From a virus (Duplodnaviria; Caudoviricetes), in IMG/VR virus record IMGVR_UViG_3300049023_000043, positions 1 to 40,871 of that record: 40,871 bases of DNA, one strand, 5' to 3'. Under the pieces are notes generated by a model. That model did not search any database. It saw only the letters and a program-made list of their open reading frames with translations, and was not told the origin of the DNA. The translations under genes and the position numbers were made by a program. Shown here piece after piece: positions 23,520-33,262 of this stretch. Numbering within the stretch: the stretch's first letter is position 1; every line of letters begins with the position of its first letter.

Positions 23520-24818
23520 TTATCGTCTAAAGTCAGTGTAACCGATGGTGTTGGCGTACAAATCAGTGCCGGTTGCAATAGAGCGAGCGCCTATTTGCCC
23601 GCTTGTATTTGTCATTACCTCGAATTCCCCCGCGTATCGAACGCCAGTAATTGCAGATCCAGAAGCCACGCTTCCGCCAAGAGACATAGTGCCTGTATCC
23701 AGAGATACGGTCGCGTCAGCGGTAGCAAGATCAAAGAATTTCAGGCCGCCGTTGGAATCAGGGTTAAGCAACTGAGCCGTGAACTTCGCCAAGACACGAA
23801 TATCGACCGGCACAGTTAGGGCATACGTTTCGCGCGCCGCCGAGCTCACGGAAGTGTCGGCAATGTCTCCGGAGCGCTGTACGTCATACGGCACCCACAC
23901 TTCACCGCCGCCTCGCTCTACAGGCTTCACGGCGATAAAATTGGCGCTGGAATCAGTGCGGTACGAAGCAATCCGGCGTCCGATCGCCCAGCCAGAGGGT
24001 ACGTTTGCGCCAGATACGCTAGTATCGCCATATACGTCCACGGCAAACGTGGTGGTGTTGTAAATGACGAATACGTGGAAGGTTCCAGAAGTAGGCTTGC
24101 TAACCGCGTTACCGAGCCCACCGTTTCCCGTTCCCGCTACGAAAGCGGCGTCCATTCGTTTGGTGATGGAAGCGGCCAGCACAACGTCCAGCGTGTTATC
24201 CGCATTACGACAATACCCCGCCGAAATATCCAAGTCGTTGTTCGCATCCGACACATTGTTGGTGACCAAGAAACCCGAGATGTACCCCTTTGGCGCGCCT
24301 AGCTTGGCTTTTTTCTTATTCCCCGAATCACTAGCGTCTGCGATCAACGCGGTATCCTGCATTGGGTCAAACGTAGCCAGCGTCTGATCATTTACTACGC
24401 CGTTGGCTAATTGATTCGAAGAGATCTGGCCGTTGAACCCGAGCGAAATTGTCCAATCGGTAAAAGTTCCGGAGCCCTCAAAAGCCTGAGATGTGACCAC
24501 GAGGGCGCCCGTGCCACTGTTGTAGGTATCTACTACGGTAAACATCCGGTTCGAGGGGGCCGCAGTACGGGCAATCGTCAAGCTTTGACCAGGTACGAAG
24601 CCTTTACCGGTCTCAACCGTAAAAGCTTTAGACCCGGTGCCGACCGTATTCGAGGTCGTGCTGGTTGCACTAGTCGATAAATTGTTGATGTTCTCCGCAA
24701 ACTCGTTGAGCTCGGCGCCAAAGTCCGGTAGTGCCCCTAGAAACGCATCGGCCTCTGAGGCGAAATTGGTAGGATCGTTCGTAGACGGCGGAGTTGGTAA
24801 CGGAGTGATTGCAGGCAT
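23520..24818 (-). CDS. Tail fibre / receptor-binding protein
   Basis: Second gene after the tape measure; Thr/Ser/Gly-rich beta-type sequence; N-terminal ITPLPTPPS..DP.NF..AD.F anchor. Confidence 0.7.
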   Translation of the reverse strand: MPAITPLPTPPSTNDPTNFASEADAFLGALPDFGAELNEFAENINNLSTSATSTTSNTVGTGSKAFTVETGKGFVPGQSLTIARTAAPSNRMFTVVDTYNSGTGALVVTSQAFEGSGTFTDWTISLGFNGQISSNQLANGVVNDQTLATFDPMQDTALIADASDSGNKKKAKLGAPKGYISGFLVTNNVSDANNDLDISAGYCRNADNTLDVVLAASITKRMDAAFVAGTGNGGLGNAVSKPTSGTFHVFVIYNTTTFAVDVYGDTSVSGANVPSGWAIGRRIASYRTDSSANFIAVKPVERGGGEVWVPYDVQRSGDIADTSVSSAARETYALTVPVDIRVLAKFTAQLLNPDSNGGLKFFDLATADATVSLDTGTMSLGGSVASGSAITGVRYAGEFEVMTNTSGQIGARSIATGTDLYANTIGYTDFRR

Positions 24819-24819
24819 T

Positions 24820-25767
24820 TTACATTTCCTCTATTTCAAGATTTGAGATGGTCTTGGTCGGGTATGCCAGATTCATCTCCCACCGCTTATAAACGCCCAA
24901 GATTAAGAGCGCCTCAAAGTAGTCGTCTGTGTTACTGTCGTCCAAACCCGAATAAACCGCCGGTACCGCGTTCAACTCGGAACGAGCTGCCCGGATTGTA
25001 TTTGTTCGGGTCTTGTCGGCCCATACTTCCACGTCAATTTTCGGGATAGATCGGCGCTGGGTAATTTGTACTGTGCCATCGAAATCCCGATCGATTCGCG
25101 AGAAATTAAGCTCTTCGTTCGTAGCGTTATAAACCACTTGGCCAAGGTACACCTGGTTACCGATAACAACCGCTCCGCAGCTTACCGTTCCGGTCGTAGA
25201 AGATAGCTCAATTTCCAAAACGCCATTAGTGTACGGCGGCAAATCAAACTTAACAATAGACGGAATCGAACTAAAAGGCTCGAAGAAATAGTCGTACCAA
25301 TCTAATACTTCTCGGGTGTTGAGATCCTCGGTAACCGTATAAACGATGTCTACGCCGCTAGTCATAGTCAAAGTGATGCTCTCGGCGGACATGCCGAATA
25401 CGCCAATCGAATCGATACGCTCCCCAGGCGTCAGCTCAACAATAAGCGGACTAGGTGAAACGGTCTGGGTGTTACGCAGCGTATCAAACATCGCGAATTT
25501 ATTGGTCGGGCCAATCTCGACCCAGCGAGTCGGTGTGGCCAACGCCGCATCGACCTCCGGCAACGTGGCATCCACGCCAGCCTGAATGTTCTCGTAGATC
25601 ATGTGAGTCGTATCGCGAGTAACCTGATCGCCCACGGAATAATTCGTGGCCGCGTTCCAAGACTCTTCCGGCGGCGTAGCGTACACGTCTGGTTCGTCTA
25701 CCGTAGACGAAGTGAGTATCGCTTCCGCATCGGTCAGCGAGCGAATTAAGGGTACGATAACTCTCAC
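24820..25767 (-). CDS. Tail tip / distal tail protein with a carbohydrate-binding-like insert
   Basis: Directly after the tape measure; WNAATNYSVGDQVT resembles CBM5/12-type modules. Confidence 0.65.
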   Translation of the reverse strand: MRVIVPLIRSLTDAEAILTSSTVDEPDVYATPPEESWNAATNYSVGDQVTRDTTHMIYENIQAGVDATLPEVDAALATPTRWVEIGPTNKFAMFDTLRNTQTVSPSPLIVELTPGERIDSIGVFGMSAESITLTMTSGVDIVYTVTEDLNTREVLDWYDYFFEPFSSIPSIVKFDLPPYTNGVLEIELSSTTGTVSCGAVVIGNQVYLGQVVYNATNEELNFSRIDRDFDGTVQITQRRSIPKIDVEVWADKTRTNTIRAARSELNAVPAVYSGLDDSNTDDYFEALLILGVYKRWEMNLAYPTKTISNLEIEEM

Positions 25768-28700
25768 TCTAAAGCCTCCGTAACAAGGGCGTCTCCGTTC
25801 GGACTCAGCAATTCTAGCCTATCTGCGGTGCGTTTGGTGTAGATTGCGGTACGATTAGTGCCCGATACCACGGCTTGCAATTCTTGACGCAAAGCGCGGA
25901 TCTCGGCAACCATCGAAGCGCCCCCGCCCATCATGTCTCGCAAGTCACTGTTGGAGTAGATACGGGAAGGGCCTGTAGCTTCCAGCTCGGGGCCGCGCTC
26001 GCCTACGATACGAAGTCCGCCGGAGTGCATGCCCCCATCTGCAAACATCGGGAAACGGGCATTGGCCGTGCTGGCGCCGTAGTTCTGATACAAGCCTGAA
26101 TAGATTTGATAATCGGAACGGGTGCGGAACTCTTCTACGCCTCGCATCGCATCTAGCAGACCGTTGACCGCGCCGGTCGTATTCTGGAACGCTTGGATTA
26201 AGGAAGGGAATACTGCCGCTAGATCCAGGCCTTCCTTGGTCGTGAAATCGATGTTTTTGCCCAGCTCGACCAACTCTTCGATAGAGCCCGGTACGGACAT
26301 CTCCAAGCTTTCAAATAGCTTGGCCAGCTCCGCTTGTTGGATGGCGCTACGCTCTTGTGCCGACAGGAACGGCATGAGCGATTGATTCACGCCGCCCTTA
26401 AGTTGATCGATGGACTGCGTGAAAGCCGCGAACTGCTCGCGCAGGCCGAACAACGCCGTGAAGGTTTTGATGCCTTCCTGGGTGGACTTATCTACCGCCT
26501 TCAACGCATCGTCAAACTGTTTCAGCGTACTTGGTAAGCTAGCAGCGCCCTGTTCCGTAAAGCCTTCTGCTAAGCGATCACGAGTTTGGATCAGTACGCT
26601 ACCTACCGTCTGCACCGAAGTCGTCAGCTTCTTCACGAAGTCTACTTGAGCCTGGCCGGCCAAACCCGTAGCCGTGGCTACCTTGGCGGCTTGGTCTACC
26701 GTGAGCGAGTAAACGTCCGCGAGCTGGGCCTGCTCGTTGTTTAGCCCGACGACCGCGTTCATCATGCCTAGAACTACAGCCTTGTCGGTGGATCGAGTAA
26801 ATAGCTGTTTCAGGGCGACCGACAGAGGGCTCGCCTTAATAGCTTGCACCATGACGATACCCAGAGCGCTATCGACATACTTCTGGAACGCCTGGTCGTC
26901 GTCTTTACCGTATACCTCAGTGAAACCGAAGCCCTTGCCGTTGATGGCGCCGGAGAACTGGCCAATCGACTTTTTACCGGTCTTGGTATAGAAGCCGGAT
27001 TGCGCCGATAGCTTGGCGATCACGCCCATCTGATCAAGGAAGCCGCCAAGCTGGGTCAGCAAGGCCTCGTTGACGGAACCAATTGCCGCTACGTTAGAAG
27101 CGTCGAATTTCTTGGCCCCGCCCTTGCCTACTGCGGTTTGCAGATACTTGTCGGTCGCCGTGGTGTAGGTGCCTGTAACCGCCGCGCCGATACGGGGATT
27201 CTTGGTTTTGCCGCCAAAAGCGCTACCCAGCGCGCCGCCCAGGAACGAGCCGATAGCGCCGCCCACGGGGCCGCCTAGAGCCAAGCCAATAGCGGCACCG
27301 CCCCCTTGGAACGCCGCCCCTTTGAGATCCCCCTTAAGAAGCGAGAACGCGGCCGGCACGAAAGCAAGGCCCGTTGCAATCTGGCTGGAATATTGGCCAA
27401 GGAAACCGCCGAGTTTATCCGCCAAACCCCCGTTACCGTTCGATAAGAATATGCCCAACTTCTCGATCGAGCCGACCACGTTGGTGTTGAGCGACGATAA
27501 GCCTTCGCTTACTTTGCCGAATATATCGCCCCCTCCCCCAGCGGCAACGAGACCCGTTTGGCCAGCGAAGGCCGAATCCGTGATACCGAGAGAGCCTAGA
27601 CCGCCTAAAACGGCTTTCAGCGGCCCCGCGATAATACGCTCGATAAAGGGCTGCACAAAAATGGTTTTGAGCGTGCGAAGAGCCACGTCCTTGAAATTCT
27701 CAAGGAAAGACTTGCCGTTCTCGAAGCCATCGAACAGGGCGTTACTGATCGTGCGAGAGAGGCTTTCTTGAATCCGCTTGAACTCGGCAATCTGCGCATC
27801 CGCAGCGGCTTTAGCGGCCTTCTTTGCGGCCTCCACTTCGTCCTTGTACCGCTCGATCTCGGCAGCCTGGCGAGCGTCGTCCTCAATCTCGATCGATTTG
27901 ATGACTTCTTTGATTTTTTCGTCCTCGGCTTCTTTTGCCCGCTTAGCCTCTTCCTTGTACCGGGCAATCTCGGCAGCTTCTCGCGCTTCGTCCTCAATCT
28001 CGATGGACTTCATCACTTCTTTGACTTGATCGTCATAAGACTTTTGGCTGGCCTTGATCTCGCCGCCCATCAGCTTTTTACGCAACTTGTCCAAGGCTTC
28101 GCCCAGCTCAAGCTGAGAGATACCTTCACGCTTCGCAGCGGCAATGATGGCTTCGGATTGCTTGACGTACTCGGCTTTCTGCGCACTGGTGAGCTTCAAG
28201 TCTTCGGTCAAGGACGAGAACGTGGCGATATTCTTGTTGACTGGCTCTTCCAGCTTGGCGCTGGCCTTGGTCAAGAGGTCATAGGCGGCTCGAAGCTTCT
28301 CGGACGTACCGCGAGCCGCTTCCTGTGCGCGAGTCTGGATCAGTTGCGTGTTGGCCACACCAAGACCGACTAGGCGCTGTTTCTCCATGGCCGTTGCAAC
28401 GGTGGGATCCTTGGCGATAGCCTGGTAGCGCTCACGCGCTTGGGTAAGCTGAACGATTTGCTCTTGAAGCTGCGCGGCCTTCGACTTTTCCTCGGCCATC
28501 GGGTCGTTAATGTTGATGCCCTCTTTGCGCAGGCGGTTCTGGCGTTCCAGCTCGTCATTGATGGATTGCAAGGCGGGCGTCATGCCGCGTGTCTTGTTCA
28601 TCCACTCGACAATCTTGTCGCCGAAGAGAACCACGAGGCCGATAGCGATACCGATTGGGCCGCCCAGGAAGGCTACTGCCGAGCCCATGGCGCGAAGCGC

Positions 28701-29813
28701 GGTACCCGCTGTAGCGGCTGTCGTAGCCAAGCGGGCTTGCGCGGCCGTAAGGGCTGCGGCTGCACGAGCGGCGTTCGTGGTCGCGGCGGCGTTGTTGTTC
28801 AAGGCAAGCGTAGACGCACCAGTAGCGGACGCTACGCGGTATTGTTCTTGCGCCAACAAGACAGCCGCTTGGGCCAGTTGCACCTTCTTGGCGCGGGCGG
28901 CTGTATCGGCAGCGATAGCGGCTTGTTGCGCCCTGACCGTCTCGTACATTGAGGCCGTCAGACGACCGAACGCAATGGCGCCCACGGCTAGGCCGGCTTT
29001 GAGTAGCAGATCTAGTGAATCGGCTAGGCCGATAATGCCCCTCTGCAATAGCTTGGTCGCGCCTACGCCCTTATCCATCTCGCCCAGGAAGAGCTTGATA
29101 TTGTTCATCAGCACGACGAACGCGCTGGACACGGTGCCTACTTCTTTGACCTGCTCTCGCAAGCTGGCTAAGTACTTAGGATCGGAAAGTGCGGTAGCCA
29201 GAACGTCCGAAGTGAGCTTGCCTTGGGACGACATATCCTTGAGCGCACCCACGGTCGTGTTGAGCGACTTGGCCAACTGACGCATGATGATTGGGGCGCC
29301 CTCAGAGACCGCCAAGAACTCTTGCCCGTTGATACGGCCGGAGCCGAACGATTGGGAGAGCTGTAGCATGACCGAGTTGGTTTCCTGCACGGTTGCATTG
29401 GACACGCGTAAGGATAGGGATACGGACTCGGCAATCTTGGAGATGTCACTTTGAGACGTGCCGAAGTCTCGAAGGTTTTGCGTTAATCGAGCGTATAAAA
29501 CGCCCACGGCGCTGATATCTGATTGAGACTGCCGAGCGATGCGAACGACATTGCCGTAGGCCTCGGCGTATTCATTGGCGGTACGTGCGGAAAGCTTAAG
29601 TTGGGCGTCGAACTTCTTATACTCGTCCAACGCTTTAAGGACTTGGGCGCCGCCTACGGCAGTCAAGAGACCGCCGAAAGCGCGCTTGGCGATACCGACA
29701 GACTTGTCGATACCCTTCATGGCCCTATCGACCGAGCCACTGGCTTTATCCATGTCGGCTTGAAGCCGTGCGATATTCGCCAGTAGCTTGATCTCTAAGG
29801 TTCCGACATTCAT
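25764..29813 (-). CDS. Tape measure protein (1349 aa)
   Basis: Longest ORF; tape-measure domain (MLQLSQSFGSGRINGQEF); Ala-rich helices; C-terminal FADGG..VGERGPEL. Confidence 0.93.
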   Translation of the reverse strand: MNVGTLEIKLLANIARLQADMDKASGSVDRAMKGIDKSVGIAKRAFGGLLTAVGGAQVLKALDEYKKFDAQLKLSARTANEYAEAYGNVVRIARQSQSDISAVGVLYARLTQNLRDFGTSQSDISKIAESVSLSLRVSNATVQETNSVMLQLSQSFGSGRINGQEFLAVSEGAPIIMRQLAKSLNTTVGALKDMSSQGKLTSDVLATALSDPKYLASLREQVKEVGTVSSAFVVLMNNIKLFLGEMDKGVGATKLLQRGIIGLADSLDLLLKAGLAVGAIAFGRLTASMYETVRAQQAAIAADTAARAKKVQLAQAAVLLAQEQYRVASATGASTLALNNNAAATTNAARAAAALTAAQARLATTAATAGTALRAMGSAVAFLGGPIGIAIGLVVLFGDKIVEWMNKTRGMTPALQSINDELERQNRLRKEGININDPMAEEKSKAAQLQEQIVQLTQARERYQAIAKDPTVATAMEKQRLVGLGVANTQLIQTRAQEAARGTSEKLRAAYDLLTKASAKLEEPVNKNIATFSSLTEDLKLTSAQKAEYVKQSEAIIAAAKREGISQLELGEALDKLRKKLMGGEIKASQKSYDDQVKEVMKSIEIEDEAREAAEIARYKEEAKRAKEAEDEKIKEVIKSIEIEDDARQAAEIERYKDEVEAAKKAAKAAADAQIAEFKRIQESLSRTISNALFDGFENGKSFLENFKDVALRTLKTIFVQPFIERIIAGPLKAVLGGLGSLGITDSAFAGQTGLVAAGGGGDIFGKVSEGLSSLNTNVVGSIEKLGIFLSNGNGGLADKLGGFLGQYSSQIATGLAFVPAAFSLLKGDLKGAAFQGGGAAIGLALGGPVGGAIGSFLGGALGSAFGGKTKNPRIGAAVTGTYTTATDKYLQTAVGKGGAKKFDASNVAAIGSVNEALLTQLGGFLDQMGVIAKLSAQSGFYTKTGKKSIGQFSGAINGKGFGFTEVYGKDDDQAFQKYVDSALGIVMVQAIKASPLSVALKQLFTRSTDKAVVLGMMNAVVGLNNEQAQLADVYSLTVDQAAKVATATGLAGQAQVDFVKKLTTSVQTVGSVLIQTRDRLAEGFTEQGAASLPSTLKQFDDALKAVDKSTQEGIKTFTALFGLREQFAAFTQSIDQLKGGVNQSLMPFLSAQERSAIQQAELAKLFESLEMSVPGSIEELVELGKNIDFTTKEGLDLAAVFPSLIQAFQNTTGAVNGLLDAMRGVEEFRTRSDYQIYSGLYQNYGASTANARFPMFADGGMHSGGLRIVGERGPELEATGPSRIYSNSDLRDMMGGGASMVAEIRALRQELQAVVSGTNRTAIYTKRTADRLELLSPNGDALVTEALE

Positions 29814-29815
29814 GC

Positions 29816-30232
29816 CTATAGGCCTCTCAGCGTAGATTTGATGTGCTTTGCCATCTTAACCGGGTCATTCTCAACCACGGTGTCGGGAGGCGGGCAATTC
29901 GCTTTGACCGCTACACGCATCTGAGTCAGATACTCGATTGATGCGGTTCGCAGTATTCTAGCTTCCCACGGGCGAATGTCAAAGCCTATTACGTCTTTAT
30001 ACGCCTGTATTTCTTGCCACCCTATCGGCGACTGCCCCATCTCGCTATTTACAATTGGGCCAATCTCCAACAAAAGGTCAAACAGGTAATGGAGCTCGTA
30101 ATGCGGCCATTTTACTTCTTTGCCGGCTTCTTTAATCTGCTCTAGCCTGGTAGTTTCGCTTTTGTCCGGCAATACGTTAAGCCACACGTACAACCGGACA
30201 TACCGAAACAGATCCCGAGCTAGGCCGGCATA
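29816..30232 (-). CDS. Tail assembly chaperone, frameshifted C-terminal part (gpGT-like)
   Basis: Open -1 frame from the slippery site to the stop at 29816; IGWQEIQAY..I.PWE motif. Confidence 0.8.
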   Translation of the reverse strand, partial: YAGLARDLFRYVRLYVWLNVLPDKSETTRLEQIKEAGKEVKWPHYELHYLFDLLLEIGPIVNSEMGQSPIGWQEIQAYKDVIGFDIRPWEARILRTASIEYLTQMRVAVKANCPPPDTVVENDPVKMAKHIKSTLRGL

Positions 30233-30624
30233 AAATTTTCAGTCTTGGATAAGTAGCGATCAACTTGATCCGTGATGTACCGAAGCTTGGGGTTCGTATA
30301 AAGCGCGAACGCATCGGTTACAGGGAAGTTTTCAATCTTAACCGTGACTGCCGCCAAAAACTCCGCGGTATCCTTCAAGTTTTCTTCGGCTGCGCGACGA
30401 TCGGAATTGCCGCGCAAAAGCGCCACGGATCGAGCTTGGACGTTCATATCCAGACGATGCTTGGCGCGAATGAATTGTTGGGAGCCTGGCCCGTAAAGCG
30501 TAATCGTCACGGGGGCGCCGTTGTATTCGAGATCCCCGCCTTTTGGGCTTTCGACGGTCATTACTGCGGTGTCCAAGGTCTCGAAAAGGGAAAGGTCGTT
30601 ATTGTCTTGCTCTGGTTTTGCCAT
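30220..30624 (-). CDS. Tail assembly chaperone (gpG-like)
   Basis: Between the major tail and tape measure genes; AACGGAGA RBS. Confidence 0.8.
   Translation of the reverse strand: MAKPEQDNNDLSLFETLDTAVMTVESPKGGDLEYNGAPVTITLYGPGSQQFIRAKHRLDMNVQARSVALLRGNSDRRAAEENLKDTAEFLAAVTVKIENFPVTDAFALYTNPKLRYITDQVDRYLSKTENFMPA
30232..30238 (-). other. -1 programmed frameshift heptamer A AAT TTT (tail chaperone)
   Basis: X XXY YYZ in the correct phase, three codons before the gpG-like stop. Confidence 0.8.
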
Positions 30625-30717
30625 GATAAGTCTCCGTTAAAAATCTCCGTGGAAGGTTGGGGCGCGGTACGGAGGGAACCGCTCGTCGGCCCGAAAGCCC
30701 TAGCCCCAAAAGCTTGA

Positions 30718-31179
30718 TTAGGTCGCCAGCGACTCTACGATACCTACACCGCTGGAACTGGTGGTGATGCCCAGCTCGACGGTGACCATGCGGATTGTGT
30801 CTACGGTCGTTGCTTGCTTGACCACGGACATGACCTTCGCCTGGAAGTAGTCGATGTCGCCATTCGGATAGGTGGCCTCGAAGGCGTAGTCGTTGTCGGA
30901 AGTCAAAGCCGACTTCAAGAGGATCATGCCCGCGTCGTCGCTGTCGTAGCCAATGACGAGAGACTTGTTGCCCTCGTTGAACGAGCCCTTGAACTTCTGA
31001 GTGCCTCGGGTATCGATAGGGTTGAAAGTGACCTCGGCGTACACGCGACCATGTTCGCCCGCATCTTCGATATTGCCGATGTTGGTGTAGGTCAGAGCGG
31101 AATAACCGGCTACATCAAACGTAGCTGGCACACCGGCCGAGATAGCGATAAGGGTTCCTGCGGTAGTTCCGACTGCCAT
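30718..31179 (-). CDS. Major tail (tube) protein
   Basis: Size, position, AGGAG SD and a K.KGS.N.G...motif. Confidence 0.8.
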   Translation of the reverse strand: MAVGTTAGTLIAISAGVPATFDVAGYSALTYTNIGNIEDAGEHGRVYAEVTFNPIDTRGTQKFKGSFNEGNKSLVIGYDSDDAGMILLKSALTSDNDYAFEATYPNGDIDYFQAKVMSVVKQATTVDTIRMVTVELGITTSSSGVGIVESLAT

Positions 31180-31227
31180 GATATGTCTCCTAAGTCAAAA
31201 AGTGAGTTCGACGCCTCGCACCTGCGC

Positions 31228-31632
31228 CTAATATGCTATACGAAAATCAATGACTTGGTAAGTTATTCCTGCCTCGTCATCGCGCAGATCCGGCCCAACC
31301 AATTCCTTGATGCAGCTATCGACGTAAACCCCGTTGTAGGTTCCCTGCCGATGGTTGCATGCGTCTTCGATCAACTTGCGTAACTCTTTGGCTCGCCCGT
31401 AATCGGAAGCGGTCAAACCCTTCACCGCCAGGGTGATCTGGACTCGCGCGCGCCGCTTTAACGTAGTGAGGCCTACTGAGGTCTCTTCGACCTCTGATAT
31501 CAGGGCGTAGGAAAGCGCCGGGAGCGTCGCATTGAGCGGCATTACACTTGGGTACATACGAGCCAATGGGATTTGCGCGGTAAGGGGCGCATGCGCCTTC
31601 ATTATCGCTAGTATCGCTTTTTCAGCGTTCAT
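31228..31632 (-). CDS. Tail terminator/completion protein (DUF3168-like)
   Basis: R.YP..P....LPA.SY..IS and R.QI motifs; position. Confidence 0.75.
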   Translation of the reverse strand: MNAEKAILAIMKAHAPLTAQIPLARMYPSVMPLNATLPALSYALISEVEETSVGLTTLKRRARVQITLAVKGLTASDYGRAKELRKLIEDACNHRQGTYNGVYVDSCIKELVGPDLRDDEAGITYQVIDFRIAY

Positions 31633-32135
31633 CAGTCGTCTCCCCCGCCATCTGGCGTATTGATGCCCCGCTCGTTGAGCTTTGCCCGTACCTGATTGGC
31701 CACGGCTTTCACGGCTTCGTCGGCTTTGTTGTCCAGAGCAGGCCGCATAAACGGCTTTGCGCGAGCCCCTGGGTGGAAGACTCGGGGCGTCTCGATGACC
31801 TTGCCATCACGAGTGGTAAATTTAAGGAGCTTGCCAGGCTTAGCATTGATCATGTGACCGACAGTACCGAACTCGACCCAATTCGCGTAGAAAGCCCGCT
31901 TGTTACCTGCAACTACGGTGGCGGTAACCTCGCCCTTCTGGGAGCGGGTAGTAACGCGGGTGCTATGGCGTAAATCTCCATCCTGTACCGATACGTTGGC
32001 CTTGGCTTCATTCGCGATGACGCGGGCGCCCTTACGCATCGCAGAGCGCATAATGTTTCGCTCTATTTTGGTCGGCAGCTCTTTTAGAGCCTTGGCCAAA
32101 GCCTCGCCACCGGTGATGTTGATGTTCCTAGCCAT
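31632..32135 (-). CDS. HK97 gp10-like neck protein
   Basis: G.L..S, FYA..VEFGT and A.PFMRPALD motifs. Confidence 0.85.
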   Translation of the reverse strand: MARNINITGGEALAKALKELPTKIERNIMRSAMRKGARVIANEAKANVSVQDGDLRHSTRVTTRSQKGEVTATVVAGNKRAFYANWVEFGTVGHMINAKPGKLLKFTTRDGKVIETPRVFHPGARAKPFMRPALDNKADEAVKAVANQVRAKLNERGINTPDGGGDD

Positions 32136-32313
32136 TGCGCAAATACGCCTTGATGTCTGAGGCGGAGGCTCGGTGGATGTAGGTACAAGTAAACTGCAAA
32201 GGCTCGTTCACGCCGACCGAAAGCCGGATGCTTATGACGTTATCCGGTAGACCAAACTTTTCGCGTAGAAAGTCCATGACCTCTTGTACCGTTGTTGCTT
32301 TGTTGTTGGTCAT
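32128..32313 (-). CDS. Small hypothetical protein inserted among the neck genes
   Basis: ATGA-coupled start; overlaps the next gene. Confidence 0.55.
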   Translation of the reverse strand: MTNNKATTVQEVMDFLREKFGLPDNVISIRLSVGVNEPLQFTCTYIHRASASDIKAYLRNG

Positions 32314-32651
32314 TCTGAGTAGTCCTCGCACATAAATTCAAGCGCTTCTTTGCGGCCAATCTCGGCCGGCTTCGAGACGATTTGCAAGACGCGGTTATCG
32401 CGGTCTAGAACAATGATGCGCATGTTGGCCGTTATGTTGGGGTTGTATCGAGTACGAACGCGACATGGCCGTTTCAACAAGCGAAGGTCTTGCTTGGTCT
32501 CTTCCTGCATGCGGCTGGTTATATCGGTGATCTCCGCGAAGGTTTCCCATGCGATCGTCCAGGTGTTGCCTACCTCGCCGCCCCAATCGCTATCCTCTCC
32601 GGCAACCGGCGCTTCGATACGAATAGGCGTGTCAAGTGACCCGATGCGCAT
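32310..32651 (-). CDS. Head closure / head-tail adaptor (SPP1 gp16-like)
   Basis: MRIGSLD..I.I, RY..IT..MRI motifs; position. Confidence 0.8.
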   Translation of the reverse strand: MRIGSLDTPIRIEAPVAGEDSDWGGEVGNTWTIAWETFAEITDITSRMQEETKQDLRLLKRPCRVRTRYNPNITANMRIIVLDRDNRVLQIVSKPAEIGRKEALEFMCEDYSE

Positions 32652-33262
32652 TACATCCCCAAGCCAAGACGGTAGGGCTGCAACAGCGAGTAGACGCCCA
32701 TGGGCAACGAATTGAACGAGATACGGGTGGTGCCAACCTGATCCTGTTGGCGGTTCTCATACAGGTTCGCGATGATCAGGTTCAAAGCGGACTTGATGGG
32801 CGCTGGGAAGGGGTAAGTATCCGGGCTCTCGCCGTTGGTATAACCGACCACGGCCGTAACAATCACGGGATTCACCGTGTCTTGGATCTCCGGCCATTGC
32901 TGATTGTATTTGAGATAGAGCTTGTTCGCGAACGTATCGACGCCGTACACGGTCGTCGCAAGGGTTTGAGTCGCGCCGTCTCGGTCGATGTACTCCACGC
33001 TAGTCACGGATTGCACCGGGGCCAGGGGGAGCGCCAAGTCGATATCGTAGAATGAGTCGTAGACGATCTCGATAGTCTTGGTGGCCAAGGCTCGACGCAG
33101 ATACTCTTCCGTCCATGTCCGAGCTGCGGTGATCAGGGCGGTAACGTAGTCGTCGTCTGGATGGACAGGCGGGGAGCCGTAAGGGTCGAGGCGTAGATGC
33201 TCGCGTGCCTCGTCTAGCGTAATGGGCTCGGTAACTACCTGGCTCGTTTCACGATATCTCAT
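32651..33262 (-). CDS. Head-tail connector (HK97 gp6/SPP1 gp15-like)
   Basis: EPITLDEAREHLRLD, LI.AA..E.YL.R and IANLYENR motifs. Confidence 0.88.
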   Translation of the reverse strand: MRYRETSQVVTEPITLDEAREHLRLDPYGSPPVHPDDDYVTALITAARTWTEEYLRRALATKTIEIVYDSFYDIDLALPLAPVQSVTSVEYIDRDGATQTLATTVYGVDTFANKLYLKYNQQWPEIQDTVNPVIVTAVVGYTNGESPDTYPFPAPIKSALNLIIANLYENRQQDQVGTTRISFNSLPMGVYSLLQPYRLGLGM

